Below the pieces are notes generated by a model, which saw only the letters and a program-made list of their open reading frames with translations, had not been told where the DNA came from and did no database searches. A program made the position numbers and the translations under genes. From Octopus vulgaris (lineage: Eukaryota), in assembly GCA_951406725.2 (NCBI GenBank), contig OX597833.1:44950001-45014000 (forward strand): 64,000 bases of DNA. Direction: 5' to 3'. How positions within the stretch are numbered: position 1 is the first letter of the stretch; each line of letters starts with the position of its first letter. Shown in pieces: positions 53,400 through 64,000 of this stretch.

Positions 53400-54395
53400 T
53401 AGAAAAAAACCACCTTTTATCAATTCAATAAAGAAAAAATTAAAATTATACCATTTAGAAAAATTAGATCTTATAGAAAGATTAAATATAAGATAAAACA
53501 TATACCAATGATTAAGTAATGTGCAGAATAATAAATAAAACGTATATATTTGATAGAATAACTACACATGTTTCGTGGCTATATTTTAGAAATGATTATA
53601 ATAAAATCACTTCAATATAAATATAGTCACTCTTCAGGTTAAAGATAAAAACAATAAAATAATTAAAAGTTAAAAGAATATCATTACTTTCTTATGATTT
53701 AGAGTTTTTTAATAAGCATACACCTTATTATGATAAAGCCCTGCATGAGGCAGGATATAATAATAATATTAAATTCTTTAATATTTATAAACATAATTAT
53801 AATTTGAAGGAGTATAATATAAATGATTTTTATAATGATAAACCTAATTATCTGAATTATGATAAGTTTTATTTAGGTATCTATCGTCTAAATCATAATA
53901 GATATTTTGATGATGTAAATCATGCATTTAATATTGGAATAAAAAAAAAAAAATAAAAAGATAAAATTTAATTCAATTAATGAAGATAATAAATTTAATA
54001 ATATAAAAGATAAGAATAAAATATGGTTAACTTTTCCTTTTGGGGCTCAGGTTAAAACATTTTTTATTTAACAATATTATTTAACTTTTGAATTGTATTA
54101 TGTTTGATTATTATTATTATTTTTGTTAAAGTATTAATTTATATATAATTTCTTGATAATTATTAGTTATGATATGTATACTTATTTATTTATTATGTTT
54201 ATTATTATTTTTATAATGTGATTTAACATATTACATATAATTTAATTTGAGTAAGAGTTTTATAAGATAATATATTATTTAATAGTTAGGGGGTCTATTT
54301 ATTATGTAGTATTACATTTGACTAAAAAAGTTTAATATTAATTGATATTTTGGTCAACTATATAATTGAGTAAAATATTAAATCTATATTAAATC
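53395..54395. mobile_element. AT-rich Penelope-like element remnant with inverted terminal segment
   Basis: Plus-strand peptide traces HTPYYDKALHEAGY and KIWLTFPFGAQVKT resemble PLE RT C-termini (from memory); a hammerhead lies on the opposite strand at the left end. Confidence 0.55.
53559..53641 (-). ncRNA. Minimal type-I hammerhead ribozyme with intact core
   Basis: Minus: TAAC-CTGAAGA-GTGACTATAT..ATATAGCCAC-GAAAC-ATGT-GTA-GTTA; stem I TAAC/GTTA, palindromic ACATGT at stem III. Confidence 0.72.
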
Positions 54396-54668
54396 TATAT
54401 ATATGTTAAAATATTAAATCTATATATATGTGTATATATATATGTGTATATATATATGTGTATATATATATGTGTATATATATGTGTATATATATATGTG
54501 TATATATATATGTGTATATATATATGTGTATATATATGTGTATATATATATGTGTATATATATATGTGTATATATATGTGTATATATATATGTGTATATA
54601 TATATATATGTATATATATATGTATATATATATGTATATATATATGTATATATATATATATGTATATA

Positions 54669-54723
<55 letters not shown>

Positions 54724-54777
54724 GTATATATATATTGTATATATATGTATATATATATGTATATATATATGTGTATA

Positions 54778-54857
<80 letters not shown>

Positions 54858-54858
54858 G

Positions 54859-54917
<59 letters not shown>

Positions 54918-54922
54918 GTATA

Positions 54923-54983
<61 letters not shown>

Positions 54984-55205
54984 GTATATATATATGTATA
55001 TATATATATGTATATATATATATGTATATATATATATAGTGTATATATATATGTGTATATATATATGTGTATATATATATATATATGTGTATATATATAT
55101 ATATATATATGTGTATATATATATATATATATATGTGTATATATATATATGTATATATATATATGTGTATATATATATATGTGTATATATATATGTATAT
55201 ATATA

Positions 55206-55275
<70 letters not shown>

Positions 55276-55316
55276 TATCTATGTATACATATATATATAT
55301 GTATATATATATATAT
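54395..55316. repeat. (TA)n/(TATG)n microsatellite field
   Basis: Direct inspection. Confidence 0.97.
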
Positions 55317-58300
55317 GATTGATTGATTGATTGATTGATTGATTCTAGTTTCAGCTTATGAGCTGTGGCCATGCTGGGGCACCGCCATTTGGTGTTGCTA
55401 CTTGGTTTCACTTCATGAAGGCTTTCTAGCAACTGCTATTTGGTGCATGAGAGAGTTCGATGCAGCTGCCCTCATCTGCCCCTCCTGCCGTGAAGTTGGT
55501 TCATCTTGGACACCTGACAGGAAGAGATCCAGCTTCATTTTAAAGACATCTGCATCCACCCCATGCAGGTCTCTCAGGTTCTTCGGGAGGATATTGAAGA
55601 GCTGTGGGCCTCGGAAGCCCAGGCTATCACAGAATCTTGTCCTACATCTTGATGGCATGTTTGGAGTCCTAGGCACCACGCAGTGGCACCCAGTTCTGGC
55701 ATTTGCGTAACTCTCGATGCCAAAGTTCAGGACACTTCCCTCCAGGGTCTTCCAGATGTATATTATGGAATATCTTTCCCGCCTGCGCTCAAGGGAATAT
55801 AGTTTTAATCTCTTGAGTCTTTCCCAGTAGCTTACATTCTGCATAGAGGCTATCTTCTTCGTGTAGCTACGTTGGATCGCCTCGAGCTCTGTGATGAACT
55901 TGACACTGGATGGTGACCATAACTTAGAGCAGTAGTCAAAGTGGCTTAGGACAAGTGTCCTCCAGAGGACCATCATGGTTTCTTGTTCTCTTTTTCTAAA
56001 GGTTCTGAGGATCCATCCGGCCAGTCGTCTACATTTCATTGCCAATTTAGCAACATGTACACGAAAGGTCGCGTCATCACTCATGTAAATACCTAGGTCA
56101 CGCACTGATTGTGCCTCTGGGATTGCTATTCCTCCGGGTCCAGTGTATTCATTGGGTATTGCATTTAGTTTTGCATGCTGATAGTATAGAGCTTGAAACT
56201 TTTCAGCATTGAACTGCATGCTATTCTTTTCGGCCCACTTGTATATTTTGTCTAGCTCACATTGCAGGTGTTTAGTGTCCTCAGGGTTCTGTATTGCCTG
56301 TGAAACTTTTGTATCATCTGCATAACTCGTGATCGTGGCTCTCTGCGTGGCTGAGGGCATGTCTGAGAGGGCCATTATGAACAGTAGTGGTCCCAAAACA
56401 GTGCCTTGCGGAACACCGCTCACTATTTGCGTGTTAATGGAAGTGGACCCATTGGCCACTACCACCTGACTTCTATCTTTCAGAAAGTCATGAGGCCATT
56501 CTCCCAGTTTTCCAACCATGTTGAGATCACGCAGTTTGTGACATATCATTCCATGATCGACTTTATCAAAGGCCTTTGCAAAGTCGAGATATACCACTTC
56601 CACATTTGAGTGGTTGAGCAGCCGTTTCAGCACCCAGTCATAGTGTTGTAGGAGCTGAGTTAAACAGCTTCTCCCTGGTCGGAAACCATGTTGGGTGTCG
56701 GGCAGCAAGTCATTCTCTTCAAGGAAGGTGATCAGCTTCCTTCTGACTATTCGTTCCATGACCTTGCTGATGTGTGAGGTCAGAGAGATAGGTCTGTAGT
56801 TCTTGGCTTCCGCTCTGCTACCTCCTTTATGAATGGGGCATATTTTGCCTTCCTTCAGTTTTCTTGGGAGTTTGCCAGCTTCAAGGAAGCTCTGAAAGAG
56901 GAACTGCAGTGGTCTTGCTAGGACTCTCTTACATGCTTTTAGGAGGATTGCCGGGAATCCATCGGGGCCAGTAGCTGAGTCTGTTTTCATTTCATCTATA
57001 GCCTTGATTACATCGTCTTCCTTTATATCGATGTAATCTATCGTCGCCGCCTCTGATTTTATATCTGCAGTGGTAAACAAGTCAGTTGGATTGGTGATTT
57101 GGAGATGTCCAAGGGGTGGAGTGAAAACACTCTTGAATTGCTCATTCAGTATTTCACTTACCCTCATTGGTTTTCCTGTAAGTGTGCCATCCTTTTCGAG
57201 GAGTGGCCCTATTCTACAGTGCACCGTAGCTGTTTCTTTGGCATACCTGTAGAAAGCTCTGGGGTTAGATTTTATGTTGTCTATAGCCCAGGCTTCTTTG
57301 TCTGCTCTTTCCTTTTCATGGGAGAGTTGCAGACATTTTTCGATTTCCAACAGTTTTATTTTTAGGCGGGACTTTTCACTGCTTTCAATCTGTTTGTTTA
57401 GGCGATTTGAAAATTTTGTACGCCGTCTCATTTTCCTCTCTCTGGGGATTTTGTTCTTGTGTACAGTGGCCTTTCTCTCTGGGACACATTTGTAGCATAT
57501 GGCTTGCATTACAGACATGAATTGTTGAAGTTTCACGTCGATGTCTGGCGAGGAGAGACATTTAGGCCAGTTTTGTTTGAGGATCTCTTTTCAATTTGTT
57601 TCCAGTTTGCCTTATGGTAGTTCAAGCTGGAAAGATTCTGGGGTTTCTTGTAGGCTGCATGTCCGTGCTCTCTTTTGGCCCGTACATGGTCAGCTCTATC
57701 ATGTTGTGATCCGAGAGTAGTGTCGGTGTCACTTTCACATTATGGATGAGATCCATGTCATTTGTGAAGCAGAGATCCAGTGTGTTACCTGCCCTGGTTG
57801 GTTGGAGTATTACCTGCTCCATGTACAGGGTGTTGATGAGGTTCTGGAGGGACCTCGCCTGTTCTCGTTCACATCTTGTCATTCCTGGGAGAGAAAGGCC
57901 CTCGGGCCATCTGACATTGGGCAGATTGAAGTCTCCCATAAGAAGCACACCTATGTGTTGTTCTAATGTGGTTAGAATTTCTTCTATTTTTATAAGGCAG
58001 TCTTCAAACTTGCCCACATGGCTTGGGGTATCTGGAGGGCGATATGTAGCACACACAACTACATCACGTTGCCTAATATGTACAATTAGTGTGTCACACA
58101 CCGAGTTTGAGTATGACAAAAAGACCTGGGGTGTGAGGTCCTCACGGATGTACATAGCAACACCTCCATGACTCCTTTCTTTCCTGTCGGTCTGTAGTAC
58201 AGCATACTGTGGTATGTGTAACTCCGCATCTGCTATATCCGGTTTCAGGTGCGTTTCCGTTAGTGCTATGCATAAGGCTTGATTGCATGCAACAAAATCT

Positions 58301-58520
58301 CTCAGGAACGGGATTTTTGTCCTGTTACTGAGTGTTTGCAGTCCTCTGATGTTCAGTAGGAGCATCGAGGTGAGGTGTACGTTGTTGCCGGTGGTGTCCA
58401 TCCTGGGTCTGTTTGCTGTGGTGGTCTGGTATATAGTGGGTAGTCCCACCTGCGGGCTTGGGTTTGATGAAGCCAGGTCAGCTGCTGTATAATCTTTTGT
58501 GCCATGCACAAAAAAGATTG
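55317..58520 (-). mobile_element. Young CR1-like LINE ORF2 (APE endonuclease 58509-57622, RT 57536-55413) with (AATC)n tail
   Basis: NIRGL, LTETHL, YRPP, GDFN, NTLDL, SDH (APE); NYRPISLTS, QHGFRPGRSC, YLDFAKAFDKV, SGVPQGTVLGPLLF, YADD (RT); frameshifts near 57590-57640. Confidence 0.95.
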
Positions 58521-60539
58521 TTGCTCAGCAGCTGCCCTTTCGACAACATCAGTTTGTGGCACGCACAACATCTGCGATGGGACAAGAAGATAGGCTGCGT
58601 ATAGAGTATTATGAAAATATCCCTTTATATGTAAAGTGTTGATGGGCCTAAAAACGTTATATATAATCTGTGTGTATTCGTGTATCTGAAAATATAGTAA
58701 CATCCCCGATATATGCAAAGTGTGCCGCCTGATTATTATATCTGCCAGTAAGGAACCTCTCAGGTAGAAAAAGTCATATACACACCCGTGTGGATATGTC
58801 CGATTTATATATATCTGTAAGGCTAATTAGAAGATAGAGTATGTGAAAATATATCATATATATAGTGTGTAAAAACGTTATTTCACCCTATATACCCTGT
58901 AGCTTAGGCTTTTCCTGTAAGTGTATCCCTTATTAAAGTGTTCTCACGTTATTTAATCTCTACCTCCACACACCGTATCTCCGTCTCCATGGCCTTTGGC
59001 AATATATAGTATGAACTTGCATATGGGGTACACTATATATGTTGTCTCATATAGCCTCGCTAATTGTATATTTGTATATATATATCAATAATATTCATGG
59101 GGGTTTCAGAAAAACGTTATTTCGATATGTAGAAGATAGAGTATCTTGTATGTCTATTAGTGTGTGGGTAAAAACTCGTATTATCAAAGATGGCATCATA
59201 TATAATTATGTATATAGGAGGATAGACCGTATCTGGAAATATATATGTACGAATATATCATGTAGTATATATATATGTATCTGTGGTGTAAAAATGTTAT
59301 ATCTTGAATCTGTACAGCGCAGCCGCAATCACCTCGCTAGGGCTATCTGCCGGCGCATATATATGTGTAAATATTATATCCAGCATATATCTATATGCTC
59401 TGTAAAAATCTGTCTATTGTAATGTATATCTATTTAGAGGATATGTATCTGAGGAGAGACATATGTATATTTAATCTTAAGGTATATTATGTGTGGGATA
59501 TATGTATATAGTATTATTAATATGTAACAATAATATGTTTGAGGATAGAGTATATATAATACATATATTATACAATATCTATATATGGGTAATAGATATC
59601 TGAAAATATGATATTACTGTATATTAAAGTAGGGCATAATAGTATCATAATCTTGGTATATGTATATAGAACAGAAATATTCAACTTTACATATATTAAA
59701 GTTGTGATGTAGAGTTAAAGTGTCGGTGTATTAGGATAATATATACATTGAATGGATGAATGATAGATGTCATTTTTTTGATATATGTAACGGAATATTT
59801 TCCAGAGATGTATATCTAAGTGTGTTAATTCGTTATTTAATCTTGTAGGAGATAAGTTACTTCAGTGAGTATTCCAAAAATATATGTACAGGGTGTTCGG
59901 CGAAATGAAAATATGTATTATATAGTGTAGGGTTCGGCATATATATATATCCTACGTATATATCTTGATATATACATATCCTGGGAAAATATATGTAACA
60001 AATATTTAAAATGTGGGAATTGATAAAAGGCTCCCATATAAGATAGTACATATATTATGTGGGTTATGTTATACCGATGTGTATATAGAACTTATTCTAT
60101 TATTTATAAGGCAAAGGCGATACAAGACTATTTACATGGCTTGGGGCATCTGAATATATGTATATACACATATATATCAACGTTGCCTAATATATATACA
60201 TATATATATGATAGTAATCCTTAGTGGAGTAAGAAAGAGGGGAAATGATTAGTTATCTATATAAAGTATGTATGGGCACCCCTGCATATATACGGATGTA
60301 CATAGCTACACGCACACATACATACACGTGATATACCATATATATGTACAGACGGGGAGAGAAGGCACGTTGTAAAACAGCATAGTGAGTATGTGTATAT
60401 CCGCATATGTATATATGTATATAGGTGCGTTTAAAGTCTGGGAGTGAACAAGAATGAGATCCAGTATGCAACACAATCTCTCAGGAACGGGGATTTTTGT
60501 CCTGTTACCATGTTTGCAGTCCTCTGATGTTCAGTAGGA

Positions 60540-60942
60540 GCCATATATATATATATATATGTATATATAGCTGTGTGTGGTGGTCCTCTGGTATATATAG
60601 TCCCAAGCTATATATACATATATATACATATATATATACATAAAATATATATATAAACAAAATATACATATATATATTTTCCAGGATGTATATATATATG
60701 TATATATACATATATACATATATACATATATATATATACTGATATATATATATAGGCAAAATATATGTATGTATATATATATATATATATGTATATATAT
60801 GTGGTATATATGTATATACACATATATATATACATATATATATATATGTATATATATGTATGTATATATATATATGTATATATATACATATATACATATA
60901 TATATACATACATATACATATACATATATACATATATATATG

Positions 60943-60974
<32 letters not shown>

Positions 60975-61208
60975 TGTATACATACACATATATATATACA
61001 TATATATATATATGTATATATATATGTATATATGTGTATATATATATATATACACATACATATATATATATGTATACATATATATATGTATATATGTATA
61101 TATGTATATATATATATGTGTATATATATGTATATATATATATGTATATATATATATGTATATATATATATGTATGTATATATATATGTATATACATATA
61201 TATACACA

Positions 61209-61251
<43 letters not shown>

Positions 61252-61413
61252 GTATATATACATATATATATGTATATATATATATGTATATATATATGTA
61301 TATATATGTATATATATATGTATATATACATATATATACATACATATATATATGTATATATATATGTATGTATATATATATATATATATGTATATATATA
61401 CATATATATATAC

Positions 61414-61459
<46 letters not shown>

Positions 61460-61502
61460 GTATATATATACATATATATATACATATATATATATGTATA
61501 TA

Positions 61503-61542
<40 letters not shown>

Positions 61543-61776
61543 TATATACACATATATATACATATATATATACATATATATATATACATATATATATATG
61601 TATATATATACATGTATATATATATGTATATATATATATATATATACATATATATACATATATATATACATATATATATGTATATATATATGTATATATA
61701 TATATGTATATATATATGTGTATATATATATATATGTATATATATATATGTATATATATATATATACATATGTATG

Positions 61777-61811
<35 letters not shown>

Positions 61812-61827
61812 GTATATATATTATGTG

Positions 61828-61862
<35 letters not shown>

Positions 61863-61897
61863 GTGTATATATATATATGTGTATATATATATATGTG

Positions 61898-61963
<66 letters not shown>

Positions 61964-61973
61964 TATACATATA

Positions 61974-62052
<79 letters not shown>

Positions 62053-62060
62053 GTGTATAT

Positions 62061-62118
<58 letters not shown>

Positions 62119-62153
62119 GTATATATATATATATGTATATATATATATGTATG

Positions 62154-62202
<49 letters not shown>

Positions 62203-62223
62203 TGTATATATATATATAATATA

Positions 62224-62272
<49 letters not shown>

Positions 62273-62327
62273 GTATATATATATGTATATATATATGTAT
62301 GTATATATATGTATATATATATGTATG

Positions 62328-62358
<31 letters not shown>

Positions 62359-62520
62359 ATATATATATGTATATATAGTATATATATATGTATATATATA
62401 TGTATATATATATGTATGTATATATATATGTATATATATATGTATGTATATATATATGTATATATATATGTATGTATATATATATGTATATATATATGTA
62501 TGTATATATATATGTATATA

Positions 62521-62553
<33 letters not shown>

Positions 62554-62587
62554 TATGTATATATATATGTATATATATATGTATATA

Positions 62588-62642
<55 letters not shown>

Positions 62643-62643
62643 G

Positions 62644-62738
<95 letters not shown>

Positions 62739-62831
62739 GTATATATATGTATATATATATGTATATATATGTGTATATATATGTATATATATGTATATAT
62801 ATATATATATGTATATATATGTATATATATG

Positions 62832-62862
<31 letters not shown>

Positions 62863-62957
62863 GTATATATATGTATATATATATATATATATGTGTATAT
62901 ATATGTATATATGTATATATATATGTATATATATGTATATATATATGTATATATATG

Positions 62958-63053
<96 letters not shown>

Positions 63054-63273
63054 TGTATATATATATGTATATATGCATGTATATATATATGTATATATAT
63101 ATGTATATATATATGTATATATATATATATATGTACATATATATATATGACATATATATGTACATATATATATATGTATGTATATATGTATATATATGTA
63201 TATATATATATGTATATATATATGTATATATATATATATGTATATATATATGTACATATATATATATGTATGT

Positions 63274-63311
<38 letters not shown>

Positions 63312-63414
63312 GTATATATATGTATGTATATATGTATATATATGTACGTATATATGTATATATATGTATGTATATTTGTATATATATGTATGTATATATG
63401 TGTATATATGTATG

Positions 63415-63447
<33 letters not shown>

Positions 63448-63485
63448 GTATGTATATATATATATGTATATATATGTATGTATAT
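60540..63485. repeat. ~3 kb (TA)n-derived microsatellite field
   Basis: Direct inspection; includes (CA)n at ~62064-62110. Confidence 0.97.
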
Positions 63486-63850
63486 CATCATCATCTCCAT
63501 CATTTAGCGTCCATGCTAGCATGGGTTGGACGGTTCTACTGGGGTCTGTGAAGCCAGAAATCTTCATCAGGCCCAGTCAAATCTGGCAGTGTTTCTACGG
63601 CTGGATGCCCTTCCTAACGCCAACCACTCCGAGAGTGTAGTGGGTTATTTTTACGTGCCACCCGCACAGGTGCCAGACAGAGCTGGCAAACGGCCACGAA
63701 CGGATGGTGCTTTTTATGTGCCACTGTCACGAGGACCAGGCGAGGCTGGCAACGGACACGAAACGTTACAGTGCTGGCAACGGCCGCGAAACGGAAGGTT
63801 CTCTTACATGCCACCGGCACTGGTAACACATCTGCAATTTGCATTGATCG
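63485..63850 (-). mobile_element. Young RTE 3' end fragment
   Basis: Reverse complement of 33548-33785 plus an upstream subrepeat. Confidence 0.88.
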
Positions 63851-64000
63851 ATTTCGATTATGTATATATATATGTATATATATGTATGTATATATGTATA
63901 TATATGTATATATATATATATATGTATTTATATGTATATATATATATATGTATATGTATGTATATATATATATATATATGTATGTATATATATATGTATA

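Noticed and set aside
60505-63640. Very long ORFs (up to 1020 aa) rich in Y/I/H/T/M/C, also at 887-1387, 52075-52904 and 54395-55432
   Set aside because: Translations of (TA)n/(TACA)n microsatellites, which lack stop codons in most frames.

Overview
AT-rich, microsatellite- and transposon-dense eukaryotic DNA; the SINE, RTE and R4/Dong content suggests an octopus (inference). Two intron-rich genes lie head-to-head. On the minus strand are the first four coding exons of GPATCH1 (ATG at 16462, running off the left edge). On the plus strand is an ankyrin-repeat gene resembling the Mind bomb-2 ankyrin block (probable ATG 19372; clear exons at 24909, 26578, 35322). Its 3' part (37.5-50.5 kb) is a tandem array of duplicated intron units, each carrying a different short phase-0 exon: two intact, three with damaged splice sites. 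This array is the best candidate for an undescribed system. Other points of interest: a CR1-like LINE whose 3' stem-loop is shared, with compensatory changes, by the dominant SINE; several Penelope-type minimal hammerhead ribozyme motifs; nested GG-terminal foldback MITEs with 8-9 bp TSDs, and a solo LTR inside a mariner, in the CpG-richer zone between the genes; long intronic hairpins; and a collinear 'ghost' LINE copy blended into (TA)n at 59.4-60.7 kb, probably an assembly artefact. All calls come from reading the sequence by eye; no searches were run.
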